Below, one piece after another: positions 49,530 through 62,000 of a stretch of DNA of 64,000 nucleotides. The position numbers and the translations under genes were made by a program. The notes below the pieces were generated by a model. The model made no database searches. It saw nothing but the letters and a program-made list of their open reading frames with translations, and had not been told where the DNA came from. The stretch's first letter is position 1. Each line of letters begins with the position of its first letter. The DNA comes from Clostridia bacterium (GTDB lineage: Bacteria; Bacillota; Clostridia; RUG12999), in assembly GCA_022801925.1 (NCBI GenBank), contig JAAWTG010000003.1, forward strand, positions 20,611-84,610. Reading direction: 5' to 3'.

Positions 49530-50477
49530 ATGAAACAAGCAATTTCATTTGGGCAAGCAGTGCCGCGGCAGAAAAAGCCGCGGCTGCTGCGGGAATTAGC
49601 AAAAAATAAATATATCTATATCATGCTGGTTCCGTTTCTATTATTTTATATTATCTTCATGTATGGACCGATGTATGGTGCAATGATTGCATTTAAAGAT
49701 TTCACGCCAAAACTGGGTATTTTAGGCAGTCCATGGGTGGGAATAAAGCACTTTGAGGCTTTTTTTGGCAGCATTTATTTTTGGCGTTTGCTGCGAAACA
49801 CCATTTCCATTAGTTTGCAAACGCTGGTATTTGGATTTCCGGCGCCTATTATTCTGGCGTTGCTGCTAAATGAGGTGCGGCAGGCGTGGTTTAAGAAAAC
49901 AGTGCAAACCATATCCTATATGCCGCATTTTATTTCGCTGGTAGTTGTCTGCGGAATCATTAAAATTTTCACGGGCAGCGAAGGTATTATCAACGATTTC
50001 ATGGTGCAATTCGGACAAGAACGGCGTGATTTGCTTTTGGATCCGGCGCTGTTTCAACCCATCTATGTCATATCGGATATTTGGCAGAAAATTGGCTGGG
50101 AATCCATTATTTACTTGGCGGCGCTTTCCGGCGTAGACCAAGAACTATATGAGGCGGCGCGTATTGACGGCGCAGGGAAATGGCGGCAACTGCTGAGCGT
50201 GACGCTGCCGTGCATTTTACCAACCATTGTTGTTATGCTGATTTTGCGTGTTGGTTCTATGATGAACATTGGATTTGAAAAAATCATTTTGTTATATAAC
50301 GGTAATACCTATGAGACCGCGGATGTTATTTCCAGTTATGTGTACCGCAAAGGAATACAGGAATTTTCTTATAGCTTTAGTACGGCGGTGGGATTGTTTA
50401 ATTCAGTCATTAACTTCTTTTTGGTACTGAGCGCAAACACTATCAGCAAAAAAGTAAACGATACAAGTTTGTGGTAA
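49530..50477 (+). CDS. Sugar ABC transporter permease (LplB-like)
   Basis: Six TM helices and an EAA motif region, with an N-terminal extension typical of LplB. Confidence 0.85.
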   Translation: MKQAISFGQAVPRQKKPRLLRELAKNKYIYIMLVPFLLFYIIFMYGPMYGAMIAFKDFTPKLGILGSPWVGIKHFEAFFGSIYFWRLLRNTISISLQTLVFGFPAPIILALLLNEVRQAWFKKTVQTISYMPHFISLVVVCGIIKIFTGSEGIINDFMVQFGQERRDLLLDPALFQPIYVISDIWQKIGWESIIYLAALSGVDQELYEAARIDGAGKWRQLLSVTLPCILPTIVVMLILRVGSMMNIGFEKIILLYNGNTYETADVISSYVYRKGIQEFSYSFSTAVGLFNSVINFFLVLSANTISKKVNDTSLW

Positions 50478-50489
50478 GGGGGAGAAACG

Positions 50490-51368
50490 ATGATAAAACG
50501 AAGTGTTGGAGAACGCATATTTGAAATAGTGAATATTATCATTCTCACCTTGCTGGGGCTAATCGCTTTGTATCCATTATGGCATGTGTTGATGGCGTCC
50601 ATCAGCAGCGGTGATGGCTTGGCGCGGCACACTGGAGCCATGTTTGTGCCAGCAGGGTTTAGTCTGAAAGCATATAGATTAGTGCTTGAAACGCCGATGG
50701 TATTAAAGGGATATGGAAACACCCTATATGTTTTAGTGTTTGGTCTGGCGATGTCTATGACCATGACGATTTTAGGCGCGTTTGCGCTGTCGCGCAAAGG
50801 ATTATATGGAAGAAAAGTGATATTGTTATTTATCATTTTTACAATGTATTTTTCCGGCGGTATGATTCCCTTTTATTTTACTGTGAAAAATGTTGGATTG
50901 GCAGATACGCGCTGGGCGCTGATTGTACCGACATGTGTAAACACATTTAACTTTATCATTATGCGAACCGGATTTGAAGCGATACCGGTGAGTCTGGAAG
51001 AATCGGCAAAAATAGACGGCGCGAATGATTTTGTGGTTTTATGGAAAATTATTTTGCCGCTGGCAAAACCGATTATAGCGGTCATTGTGTTGTATTATGC
51101 AGTGGGAATTTGGAACAGTTGGTTTAATGCAATGCTGTTTTTACGAAACAGGGAACTGTATCCGCTGCAATTGGTACTGCGGGAAATTTTGATTCAAAAT
51201 GACACGGCTGCCATGACAATGGGCGGTGGCGATGCAGACACGGGAATGCTAAATGAAGTATTAAAATATGCAACTATTTGTGTGGCAACTATCCCGATTT
51301 TAGTGATTTATCCGTTTTTGCAGAAATATTTTGCCAAGGGCGTGATGGTTGGCGCGGTGAAAGGATAA
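50490..51368 (+). CDS. Sugar ABC transporter permease (LplC-like)
   Basis: Six TM helices and the binding-protein-dependent transporter inner-membrane signature EESAKIDGAND. Confidence 0.9.
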   Translation: MIKRSVGERIFEIVNIIILTLLGLIALYPLWHVLMASISSGDGLARHTGAMFVPAGFSLKAYRLVLETPMVLKGYGNTLYVLVFGLAMSMTMTILGAFALSRKGLYGRKVILLFIIFTMYFSGGMIPFYFTVKNVGLADTRWALIVPTCVNTFNFIIMRTGFEAIPVSLEESAKIDGANDFVVLWKIILPLAKPIIAVIVLYYAVGIWNSWFNAMLFLRNRELYPLQLVLREILIQNDTAAMTMGGGDADTGMLNEVLKYATICVATIPILVIYPFLQKYFAKGVMVGAVKG

Positions 51369-51400
51369 CAAAAAGCTACATATAAAGGGAGGGTATCTTT

Positions 51401-54046
51401 GTGAGTAATAAAAAAAGAGGGATTGGCATAATGCTGGCGATTGTCATGATACTATCCGTATTAGGTGGAATCATTCCGGCAGCAGCACAGGAAATATCAA
51501 ATAAAGCAGTATTTGATTTGATTTCCTATGGCATATTGCCGGAGGGCACCGGTACAGGAGAAAATGAAACAGTGACCCGCGAAAAACTGGCGGATATGGT
51601 GGCAAAAACGTTGCAAATTGACCACGTTGGCGGCGTTGCCATTCGTTTTGAAGACGTCACGAGAGAATCGGTATACTATGACAGTATCAGTATTGTGGCG
51701 GCATTGGGAATTGTGCAGGGGGATGGAGACGGCAGGTTTCGTCCGAACGATTCTGTTAGCTATCAGGAAGCGGTAAAAGTGCTTGTATGCCTGCTGGGTT
51801 ATGACAGCATGGCGCAGACCAAAGGCGGCTATCCCATGGGATATTTGGCAGTTGGCGGAGAAATTGGTTTATTGGGCGGCAGCGGGAGCACGCAGAATTT
51901 TACCTCACAACATTTGTATCAAATGTTCTATAATGCGCTGGACATTGCTGTCATGGTTCCGGTATTTGGAGAAGGCGGCTATAAAATTGATAAAGACGAA
52001 ACCTTCCGCAATCAATTGGAAAACAGAGTGGATGGAACGTTATACAAAGGAAAAGGAATGGTAGAAGCAAACTATGATTACTACATCAATCAGGCAGTGC
52101 CTTCTATTCAAAAAAGCCAAGTCATGATTGAGGGAAGAATTTATGAAGCCGGCACAACGGGCGCGGCAGATTATATTGGACAGGACGTAGAGTTTTATGC
52201 GAAAGAGGACGATAACGGTGTATTTACATTAGTCAGCTTAAAACCGGCGCGCACAACGTCTGTGATAACGGTAACGGACGAAACCTTTGACGGTATGGAT
52301 GGCAACACATTATATTACTACGAAAATAATCAGCGGGAAAAACTGACAATAGACAATGATTTCATTTATTTGTATAATCATGTACGACAGACCGGAGTAG
52401 GGGCCGGTGACATTGAGGTGCTGTCCGGAAAACTGAAACTGATTGACAACGATGGAAATCGAGCATATGATGTTGTTCTGCGGGAGGAATATGAAACCGT
52501 ATGTGTGGATTCGGTTGTGAATGGCAGAATCTATTTTAAGGACAACAAAACGATAGTAGGACAAACCAGTTTGCTGATTGATAAAGAAGACATTGACAAA
52601 ACTTATTTGTTGGTGGACGCACAGGGAACACCAATAGAAACAGAAGCAATTAAAAAGGACATGGTATTGTCTGTTTTAAGTGATGCATATGGAACGTTTT
52701 TCAGAATTGTTGCAAGCGACAAAACGGTGGAAGGAAAGATAGAAGAAATTCTCAGTGAAGAACCGATAAAAGTAACCATTGACGGCGTGGCGTATACCAT
52801 GGCGCATGGTTCAGCGCTGCGTGCAAAAGTAGGAGACAATGTCATTGCTTACTTGAATGAACGCGGGCAGATTGCGGACACGGAGGAACAATCCGGCGCG
52901 GCACAGTATGGATATGTGTTGGAAGCAGGTCGCGCAGGCGGCATGGGAAACTGGCAAGTGAAGATTTTGGAACCGGGTACGCTCACCATGCAATATGATA
53001 TTGATGACAGCGATCCGGACAATGTGAAAACAACGCCGTATCTAAAAGGGCGGAATAACAGCGTGAAAATTCTGGATATTGCACAAGGTGTAAGCGTGAA
53101 TGGAAGCAAATATACAGGAGAACTTAGTACACTGTTTCGTGATGCGGAAAAACGCACGATTGAATATCAATTAAACAATCAAGGGAAAGTATCGCGCATT
53201 GATTTCCCACAGCGCATCGGAACCGGAGAAAAGAGAAAATATAATGGTTATGAGCGGTTGTTCGGTGGTTTTGGCAGCGGTGCGTTTGCAACAGATGACA
53301 ACACCAAGGTGATATGCGTACCGGAAACAGCAGTAGAGCGGGATGAGGATTATCGGGCAGAAGTAGAAATTAATAACGGTTCGCAATATACCATCAGCGG
53401 TTATGAACAGCAAAGCGCATATATTGCAGAGTTGGTTGTGATTACCATGCCAATGAAATATGACAATGCAGTGGAAGTCAATGAAAATAAGGATAAAATG
53501 GTTGTTGCAACCAGTGTAAAATCCATCATAGGGGAAGACGGTGAACCGGCGAAGGAAATTAGCTTTTTAGAGGGAAAAGAGGAAAAAACCTATCGTGTGG
53601 CAGATACGGCGCTTCCTGCGGCGGCAGGTATGGGCGTTGGCGATGTCTTTTTCTACACACTCAATCCGGTCGGAGAAGTCGGTACGATTAAGTTGCTGCA
53701 AAAAGTGCTCCCGCGGCCGGCGTTTCGCAATGAAGGAAGTGTTGACACCAGCGCAGGAAAGAACATGTTCGGAACGATTCATAATGTGACCTATAAAACA
53801 GTGAATGATATCAATAACGTTTTTGTTGACAGCGTGGAACTGTGGTTTAATGAAACAGGAAGCGAAACGTATACGCTGGACGTCAATGTCCGCAATGCAC
53901 CACCGATTTATTTTATTGACGCAAATGCAAAAACAGTTCGGGCGGGAACCCGCGAAGATTTGGCAACAGCAATGAACAGCAGATATGGCGCTTATGTACG
54001 TGCAAGCGATTCCAAAATTCGCGGCATTGTATTGGTATCTTATTGA
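51401..54046 (+). CDS. Secreted surface protein with an N-terminal SLH region and a large beta-rich C-terminal region
   Basis: Signal peptide and SLH-like segments (KAVFDLISYGILPE, SISIVAALGIVQGDGDGRFRPNDSVSYQEAVKVL). GTG start with an AGGGAGGG RBS. Confidence 0.7.
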   Translation: MSNKKRGIGIMLAIVMILSVLGGIIPAAAQEISNKAVFDLISYGILPEGTGTGENETVTREKLADMVAKTLQIDHVGGVAIRFEDVTRESVYYDSISIVAALGIVQGDGDGRFRPNDSVSYQEAVKVLVCLLGYDSMAQTKGGYPMGYLAVGGEIGLLGGSGSTQNFTSQHLYQMFYNALDIAVMVPVFGEGGYKIDKDETFRNQLENRVDGTLYKGKGMVEANYDYYINQAVPSIQKSQVMIEGRIYEAGTTGAADYIGQDVEFYAKEDDNGVFTLVSLKPARTTSVITVTDETFDGMDGNTLYYYENNQREKLTIDNDFIYLYNHVRQTGVGAGDIEVLSGKLKLIDNDGNRAYDVVLREEYETVCVDSVVNGRIYFKDNKTIVGQTSLLIDKEDIDKTYLLVDAQGTPIETEAIKKDMVLSVLSDAYGTFFRIVASDKTVEGKIEEILSEEPIKVTIDGVAYTMAHGSALRAKVGDNVIAYLNERGQIADTEEQSGAAQYGYVLEAGRAGGMGNWQVKILEPGTLTMQYDIDDSDPDNVKTTPYLKGRNNSVKILDIAQGVSVNGSKYTGELSTLFRDAEKRTIEYQLNNQGKVSRIDFPQRIGTGEKRKYNGYERLFGGFGSGAFATDDNTKVICVPETAVERDEDYRAEVEINNGSQYTISGYEQQSAYIAELVVITMPMKYDNAVEVNENKDKMVVATSVKSIIGEDGEPAKEISFLEGKEEKTYRVADTALPAAAGMGVGDVFFYTLNPVGEVGTIKLLQKVLPRPAFRNEGSVDTSAGKNMFGTIHNVTYKTVNDINNVFVDSVELWFNETGSETYTLDVNVRNAPPIYFIDANAKTVRAGTREDLATAMNSRYGAYVRASDSKIRGIVLVSY

Positions 54047-54066
54047 TAAAAGGGAGGATACGGCAA

Positions 54067-57000
54067 ATGAAATATAGAAAAAAACTGTCATGGACCCTAT
54101 TAACCGGACTAATCGTTTCCCTTTTTGCAGGAATTGTACCGGCAGCGGCGGAAATGACACCGGCGCAGACAGCGGCTTATTATAGCTATACCATTGGAAA
54201 TTTTGTAGAGGGGTATGAGGGCTATGCCTATGAAAAAGAGGCGGATTTTGCGTCTCTTGACGACCTTAAAGCATTCCCGGCAATTGCCGCAGGGTCGGGG
54301 AATACATGGGACGGTGTGAGTGTTGTGAATGGCAAACCTGTCATGAGCAAGGCAAACGACGTCATTGATTTTCTGTTCCCGACATATGATGACAACGAAA
54401 TCGAAAAACCAACAGCGCAAAAATCCTATGCACTGTTTCGCTATTCTTTGAGCGCAACAGATGCAAATTTTCAAAGTTCACCGGGGCAGACAGCGCGGCA
54501 CCAAAACGGGAAAATGGAGTTCAACCAAAAAGGCGCAAGCGGAGCTGTGTGGACGCAAGTAACGGATGATATTCAAAAGTTTGCCGCAAATGATATTCTT
54601 ACGATTAAAACCTTCCAGGATGCAACACGGCAAAACACTGCGAAATTGTTAGAATATACGACTTGGGTAAACAATGAAACGAAAAACACAGGATTTGTAA
54701 AACAATTGGAAAATGTAAATCCACAAGCATCTGCCAGCAATCAAAATATTAAAAATTATAATGCGAAAGTGCTGAGCGGCAATGCTGCAAATATTACCAT
54801 TTATGGCTGGGCAAGCTATGAACAGTATGAATATTTGCTGCGGGAAACCATTCGCAGCGTGGAAACAGAATTGCTGGGGAGCAATCGGTCTTTACAAAAT
54901 GTGACAAGTAATTTGAAATTGCCACAGGATTTAGCATTAAATTTAGATAAAGGCCATGTCGGCAGCGTAAAATGGACGTCCAGCAACGAAGAAATTGTAA
55001 ATTCCCAAACAGGTGTAGTAACACGTTCTAAATCAGGAGATCAGAAAGTGACATTGACGGCGGTGTATACTGTCAGCGGCGCGGAAGGAGAAAAAACGAA
55101 AACCATTGCATATCCTATCACTGTTCCGACATCTGCGGCAATGACGCCGGAGGAAGCATTTTATTACCGGTACACCATGGGAAAAATGATAGACGGCTAC
55201 AATGGTTATGCTTATGAAAATGATTTGAATTTTGCATCACTGGAAGAATTGAAAAAAGCGGATAATATTGATGTGAGAAGTGATGCGGGAATGTCCGTTG
55301 GGGACGGAAAAGCAAAATTCGGAAAAGGTGCAGGAGAGGTTAGTTTTATATATCCGGATAAAGATATCATGGGCAATGATAAACCGGTGAACGGAAAAAT
55401 GTATAGTGAAACGGCTTTTTCAGTCAGCCCCAAATCCACATTTTTGAATATGTCTTCCGGAGCAGGAGTAAAGACCGAAGGTTCTAAAATCAAACTGAGC
55501 TATAGAACCGAGGCGAATGGTGAAGCATTTCAGGAGGCAACGGCTGATATTCAAAATTTTGCAGCAAACGATATTCTGCGGTATAAGTTTTATTTAGATG
55601 CAACACGGAAAGAAGACCCCAATGGGTTGCTGAGTTACACGACATGGATAGAAAACAGCACGAAAAATACCGGTTGGATATTGCAAAAAGAAAATTATAA
55701 CCCCAGATGGGGTTCCACCAATACAAGCCTTGTAGAGATAACGTTTAAAACAGCTGCCTATAATAATGGAGTTGGAACAGCGCATTCGGTATCGGCATAT
55801 GAACGGTTTGAATATTTGCTGCGCGATTTGGTGAAGCAGGCAGAGAAAGATATGCTGCAAGGAAATGCAGCGCTAAGCCGCGTGGAAACAGATTTGCGTT
55901 TGCAAAGCGGCGAGGTAACATTGGATAAGGGATGCAAAGGAACTGTAACATGGGAATCCACCGATGCAGGTGTAATCAACCCGCAAACCGGAAAGGTGGA
56001 ACGTTCCACAACAGAGGATAAATATGTCACCTTGACTGCTACTTACAGTGTGGCAGATGAAAAAGGCGAAACAAAAGAAAAAGTAATTGCATATGAAATT
56101 TTTGTTCCGATGAATGCACCGCTTCGTAAGCTGGCAGATCGGTTTACATGGGATGTCATCAGCAATACGCAGACGGCAGACAGCGTTCGGGGAGACTTGA
56201 ATTTGGTCAAGACATATGCGCATGAAAGCGTACCGGACTGTACTGCGGCGGTGAGCTGGACAGTGCTCAGCGGCGGAGAAGCGGTGAATACGGAAACGGG
56301 AGAAATCACACGCCAAGAGACAGGCGACGTCAAGGTAGAACTTGAGGCAACGCTCAAAGATGGCGATGCAGAAGTGAAAATCGTATTTCCGTTTACGGTA
56401 CCGCGCTACATCTCTCCACAGGAGGAGGCAGATGCGGTTGCGCAGAATTTGACATGGGAATCTATCAGTACAGAGGCGCAAAACAGTGTAACGAAAAAAC
56501 TAACGCTGCCAGGCACAATGGCAACGATAGATAACAATACAGCGCAAATTACATGGAATGTATCGGCGGGCAGTGCGGCAGCGACAGCGGATGGAACGGT
56601 TACGCCGCAAAGCACAGATACGCTTGTCGTATTGGAAGCGGTTGTTTCCTGTGGTGGAGCGCAGACGAAAAAAGAGTTTCAATTTGTTGTTTTGGCAGTC
56701 AATCAAGATTTAGAGCATTTTCATGTTAATTTTAAGGCAGAAGGAGATAAGACATTGGCAGATTCTTCTTATGCACAGACAATGAAAACCGGAACAACGG
56801 GTGCGGTGGAAGAAGGATATTCTGCACAGTTTGTAGATGGTAAAGGATTGCAATTGCAATCGGCGGGAGCAAATGCAGACACCGATAAATTCATGCTACA
56901 CTGGAATATGCTGCCTTCCGCAGCGGAACCGGCGGCAATGGAAAATCTGAAAACAACTTCAACTATCTATGAAGTGACGATGTATGTGATTGGCAAAGAC

Positions 57001-59046
57001 AAGGCGAATGTGCGTGTGACGTTGGTGGATGCACAGAACAGAAATGCCATTCTGTTTACAGCCAGAAATGATATTGTTGGTTTGCAGGCAGGAAATAAAT
57101 GGAATGCTGAAGGAAGAGCGCCGTGGGGCGATACAGATGTTTATCCCACGCTTTTTGATGGGGAAACTGGACCGCGCGTTACATTCCGGGCCGAATACAA
57201 TCATATGACGGGCAAATTGAATGCCTATGTGAAGTTGGCAGATTACACAGGACCGGAGAATTACGGTGAATATTATCAGATAGCAACCGATGTTGCGCCA
57301 AACAATGCTGCTGTAACAGGCGTTCTTTCCGGTATGGAAATTGATTCCTGCGGTACGAACAACGCCGTGATAGAAAGTGTCCGCTGTTATACCACTTCCC
57401 ATGCGGTGAAAGAAGCGACTTCCGGAATCGTGGAAGCATTGGAGTATATGAACGGACAAAACGAGAAATTTGTAGTGGGAAATCTGGAATTTCCGCAAGT
57501 CATTGACCAATATGGTGCTTCCATTTCATGGAAAAGCAAACCGCAAGGATATTTTGACGAAAGAGGGAATTTGCTTTCCCGTCCGGCAGCATATGAAACA
57601 GTGGATGTTGCTATCACACCGGTTGTAACATTTGCAAATGCGGCGTGGGCGTCTGCGGCGCCGGCATTTCCTGCAAAAACGGTGACGGTAGTTGGTGTGA
57701 ACGATGAAAATGCTGCGCTGAACAAAAAAGTGAGTGTTTCGGGAGCAAAAGCGGCAGAAGGCAGCCGTGCAGATTACATCACGGACGGCAGTCTTGAACG
57801 TGGATTTTCGACTGACGGAACAGAAAAACGCTTTGATGTAATCGTTGATATGGGTGATGCAGCATGGAATAAACTGAAAATTACCGAGGGTGAAGCCTAT
57901 AACGTGGCATCTTATGAAATCAGTGTGTCGGAGGACAGAAGAAATTGGAGGGCAGTTCAAACCGGTACAACGCTGCAACTGAAAGAGGCAACCTTAGCGG
58001 GAGACGAAGGCAGCCGGTATGTGCGGCTTTCTGTTCAGGGGAAAACGTTTGAAAGTCTGCCGGTACATATCAAGGAGATTGAAGCATTTTTTGAACCGTC
58101 TGATGATTATCGTGCAAAAGCAGACTTAGAACGGGTGACACTTCCGACAGGAATGGTGAAACAAAACTTTGTTGTTCCGGCAAAAGGTGCTGTCTATGGA
58201 AGCGAATTTGCTTGGACATCAAGCCGCAGCGATATTTTATCGATTGCAGCGGCGCCGTCTGGTGAGGGATATTTGGTAACAGTAACGCAGCCGGAACGCA
58301 ACACACCTGTTACGTTGACTTTAAAAACAGGAAATATTACGAAGCAGTATCAAGTAACAGTGCAAGGTAAAACGTATGGCGGCGGCGGCATAGGTGGCGG
58401 TGCAGGAAGCGGCTCCGGCGGCGGAAACAAAGTATCCGGCGGTTCGAGCAGTACAATTCCGTATCTTCCGACAGAAGCAAACCGAAGTGAAAACATTCAG
58501 CTGACAGGATATTTTCCCGATGTAACGGGATGGGCGGAAAGCTATATCAACAGACTTTATGAACATAAGGTTGTCAGCGGAGATGCGCAGGGCTATTTTC
58601 ATCCGGATGCAGGGGTATCGCGCAGCGAATATATCAAAATGCTGACCTTGACATTGGGTATTGCGCCGGATACACAAACGGAACTTCCGTTTACAGATGT
58701 TTCGGAAGAACACTGGGCGCGTCCGTATATTGCAGCGGCGTATAAGCTGGGCATTATCAGCGGTATTTCTGAAACGGAATTCGGCGTTGACCGGGCGATT
58801 TCACGCCAAGATTTGGCGGTGATGACAAATCGCGCACTGGAAAAAATGGGACGGCAAATGCAGCAGGTGACAGAAAAAACAGAATTTACCGATGCGGCTG
58901 CAATTGCGCCATATGCGGCACAAAGTGTGGAAACTATGCAGCAGTATGGTATCATAAACGGTATGCCGGACGGCGGCTTCCATCCGCTGGAATGTGCAAC
59001 GCGCGGCGAAAGTGCAAAAATTCTGTGCGGCGTTCTGCCAAACTAG
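54067..59046 (+). CDS. Giant (about 1660 aa) surface protein. It has repeated N-terminal domains, Ig-like/Big domains, a candidate discoidin (F5/8 type C)-like domain, a Gly-rich linker, and C-terminal triple SLH domains.
   Basis: Signal peptide. Two internal repeats of about 310 aa (MTPAQTAAYYSYTIGNFVEGYEGYAYEKE / MTPEEAFYYRYTMGKMIDGYNGYAYEND). C-terminal SLH repeats (YFPDVTGWAESYINRLYEHKVVSG, FTDVSEEHWARPYIAAAYKLGIISG). Confidence 0.7.
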   Translation: MKYRKKLSWTLLTGLIVSLFAGIVPAAAEMTPAQTAAYYSYTIGNFVEGYEGYAYEKEADFASLDDLKAFPAIAAGSGNTWDGVSVVNGKPVMSKANDVIDFLFPTYDDNEIEKPTAQKSYALFRYSLSATDANFQSSPGQTARHQNGKMEFNQKGASGAVWTQVTDDIQKFAANDILTIKTFQDATRQNTAKLLEYTTWVNNETKNTGFVKQLENVNPQASASNQNIKNYNAKVLSGNAANITIYGWASYEQYEYLLRETIRSVETELLGSNRSLQNVTSNLKLPQDLALNLDKGHVGSVKWTSSNEEIVNSQTGVVTRSKSGDQKVTLTAVYTVSGAEGEKTKTIAYPITVPTSAAMTPEEAFYYRYTMGKMIDGYNGYAYENDLNFASLEELKKADNIDVRSDAGMSVGDGKAKFGKGAGEVSFIYPDKDIMGNDKPVNGKMYSETAFSVSPKSTFLNMSSGAGVKTEGSKIKLSYRTEANGEAFQEATADIQNFAANDILRYKFYLDATRKEDPNGLLSYTTWIENSTKNTGWILQKENYNPRWGSTNTSLVEITFKTAAYNNGVGTAHSVSAYERFEYLLRDLVKQAEKDMLQGNAALSRVETDLRLQSGEVTLDKGCKGTVTWESTDAGVINPQTGKVERSTTEDKYVTLTATYSVADEKGETKEKVIAYEIFVPMNAPLRKLADRFTWDVISNTQTADSVRGDLNLVKTYAHESVPDCTAAVSWTVLSGGEAVNTETGEITRQETGDVKVELEATLKDGDAEVKIVFPFTVPRYISPQEEADAVAQNLTWESISTEAQNSVTKKLTLPGTMATIDNNTAQITWNVSAGSAAATADGTVTPQSTDTLVVLEAVVSCGGAQTKKEFQFVVLAVNQDLEHFHVNFKAEGDKTLADSSYAQTMKTGTTGAVEEGYSAQFVDGKGLQLQSAGANADTDKFMLHWNMLPSAAEPAAMENLKTTSTIYEVTMYVIGKDKANVRVTLVDAQNRNAILFTARNDIVGLQAGNKWNAEGRAPWGDTDVYPTLFDGETGPRVTFRAEYNHMTGKLNAYVKLADYTGPENYGEYYQIATDVAPNNAAVTGVLSGMEIDSCGTNNAVIESVRCYTTSHAVKEATSGIVEALEYMNGQNEKFVVGNLEFPQVIDQYGASISWKSKPQGYFDERGNLLSRPAAYETVDVAITPVVTFANAAWASAAPAFPAKTVTVVGVNDENAALNKKVSVSGAKAAEGSRADYITDGSLERGFSTDGTEKRFDVIVDMGDAAWNKLKITEGEAYNVASYEISVSEDRRNWRAVQTGTTLQLKEATLAGDEGSRYVRLSVQGKTFESLPVHIKEIEAFFEPSDDYRAKADLERVTLPTGMVKQNFVVPAKGAVYGSEFAWTSSRSDILSIAAAPSGEGYLVTVTQPERNTPVTLTLKTGNITKQYQVTVQGKTYGGGGIGGGAGSGSGGGNKVSGGSSSTIPYLPTEANRSENIQLTGYFPDVTGWAESYINRLYEHKVVSGDAQGYFHPDAGVSRSEYIKMLTLTLGIAPDTQTELPFTDVSEEHWARPYIAAAYKLGIISGISETEFGVDRAISRQDLAVMTNRALEKMGRQMQQVTEKTEFTDAAAIAPYAAQSVETMQQYGIINGMPDGGFHPLECATRGESAKILCGVLPN

Positions 59047-59059
59047 GGGAGGCGAAACC

Positions 59060-62000
59060 ATGAAACAATATAAAAAGACGTTTTGTTTGCTGCTGGGCGG
59101 CTTGCTGCTAAGTAATGCAATAATGTCTTCGGCGATGGCGGCACCGGAAACGGTGTCCGCCGACGTACAAACTGTGACGGTAGCAGCAGAGGCGGCTCCG
59201 GAGGAAATCTACGATTATGACCGCAACGCTGCTTATGCCCGTTTAGCACAGTGGCAGGATCCAAACTACATGAGCGATGAGGAGTTTTTTGGAAAATATG
59301 AAAACGGGCAGTGGGTCAATGCGGGTAAACTGGACTATGAACGAATTCCGGATTTATCGGCGGTAAAAGCGGCAGTAGAGCAGCAAAACTATGAGTTGGC
59401 AAAAGAAGAATGGCTGCAATATTTCAGAGAAAAACGGGAGCGGATTCCTGCAACAAAGCCGGAGTTTACACGTGCAGATATGCTGTCCAGCCAATTGTTG
59501 GAGTATGACCTCAACTGGAACACAAACTCTAACATCACGCCGCTGGATATTATCACAGTTCCGGCAGAAAAGGGAGAAATACTTCTCAATATGGAGCCGA
59601 CTTTAAAAACGCTGCGCGGGAAAAATGAACTGTTGACAGTGTATCTCATTGGATTAAAAAAAGATGGCTCGGTTGCGGAATTTGACAGCCGCAACAAAGA
59701 GGGCGGACATGCGCCTACATTGGAGGTCACGATTGACGGCGTGACAACACCGATTGTAGCACGAGACGACACCTATGTATCGCCTTGTGAAAACCATAAT
59801 AAAATTTATGGCTTGGAGGACACGTTTCTGGTGGAGGAGAGCGTCAGTTCCATTGGAAAAGGAAAGGATGTAAAAGGAAAAAGTATCAATGTTCCGGCAG
59901 ATAAAAATACCAAACGGGGACTGATTCAATTTGACCTTTCCGGTTTTCCAGAGGATGCGGAAATCTCTAATGCTGTGATTAAATTATATGGAAAAAATAT
60001 TGGTCAGGAGGGTAATACCGGCGACATGCAGGTGGCGGCGTTTTCCATTGCCAATTATGGATGGCCGGAAGCACAGCAGACCTTTTACGGACCAAACGGC
60101 ACAGGACTGGACCATTTGATTTTTTCGTGGTATGGGGACGGTGCGATAGGGTATTTGCCGACCAGAACAATTTATCCGATTCGCGACCCATATATATCCA
60201 GCAAGGCAATCTGCGGACACCGTTTTCCGGAGGAAATTGCACGTTTCGCACGTTGGTGGACCAGTCCTATCAACGGATATCTCAGTGCAGCAGAAGATAA
60301 TGAGCATTATGCGTTCATTGCCATTAAACAGCTTGCGCATTTGTTAGATGAACGCGGAGATGAACCGGGATTTGATTTGCAGCAGTGGTTGGATGTATCC
60401 TGCCGTTCCGAATCCATGAGCAAAGGACTTTTTAATCTGTGCACCAGTGAACATATGAGTACGGAAATTTGGACGGCAATCACAAAATATATGTGGCAGA
60501 TGGGAAAACGGTTGACAGAGGCGACGCCGACCGGCACCAACGGTACAACGTTTATCATTAGCGGATTCAATCATTTGAATGTTTATTTTTATGAATTCCG
60601 TCAGCACTATGACTGGGCAAAAACCATTCGCCACTACTCTGACGTCAATGTGACAGCGTCTGTGAAAGCGGACGGTGCAGGGGTGGAAGGTGGACTTGGT
60701 TATGTGGCAAATGTGTATAAAGGGCAGGCAGGCTGGGTGCAAATCAATGAAAGTATGGGTGTCATGGAAGAGGCAAGTATGCCTATTTCACCCGAACTGA
60801 AGAGCACCATTGCACGCGGTTTGCGTTATGTGATGCACATGACAGGGCCCGGCTATGTTGACAATCAAATGGGAGATGGCGGAAATCACCGAACGGATTA
60901 TAAGTCCCAGTTTAAACTGGGGGGCGAACAGTTGGCTGACGACACCTCTCTGATTGATGATTATTTATTATATGCAGGAACAGACGGCGCGCAGGGAAAA
61001 CAGGATCCGGTGACCTCCGTTATGTATCCGCTTGACATGCGTATGGTGATGCGTACAGGTTGGGCGAAAAACGATTTATATTTGATGAATTCTGTCAATG
61101 AAGATAAAACACATTGTCATAATGATGACGGAAATATTATCATGTTTGCTTATGGGAACTATTTGCTGGTTGACCCTCTTTATTATACCTACACGTCCGG
61201 TGACCCTTATGGAACGAAACTGAAAAGCAGTCTGATGCACAATACTGTTAATATGAACGGGAAAAATCAAAACGCACAGACGGGTGGTTCTGTGAATCTA
61301 TGGGGATCCAACAGTGTGTTTGATATTTCCAATATGGGCACACAGAATGTTCCGGATGCAAAGCAGTTTAACCGTTCTGTTGTTTTTGTCAAACCTGGTT
61401 ACTATATTGTATCAGATTATTTGATACCAAAGAACAACAACGTAAATACCTACAGTCAGGATTGGCATTTTCTGCCTACGGCAAATATTATGGCAGATGA
61501 AGAAACAGGGCAGCTGCGTACCAATTTTGAAGCGGAAGCAAATTTGATGATTGCACAGGATTCTATGGAAAACATAGATGTTACTATCAACACGAACGGC
61601 TTATACTCTGAAGGAAACAGCCATCTTGTGCAAAACGTGAAATATGCTGAATATAAACAAGAGACAAAAGGCCCTGCGGTCTTTAATACAGTGTTATATC
61701 CGGTTCGCGCCGGTGGAAGTGCGGAAGTGGAAACGATGCCGCTGGTTGTGGAAGACGTGAAAGAGAACGGGGCTTCAGCAATGGAAATCCGTACCCATGA
61801 TGCGGATCAAAATATGCAGACGCAAGCCCAATATTATATGGTTCATGATTTTGAGCAGCAAAAAATGCGCAATTATGGAGACTATCGCACAGACGCACTG
61901 TTTAATTATGTGGAGCAAAATGGAGAAGGGAAAAATACCAAAATTCTCATGCAGGGCGGGACACAAATCCGGCAGCGTAAATCCGGCAGTTATTCTGTTT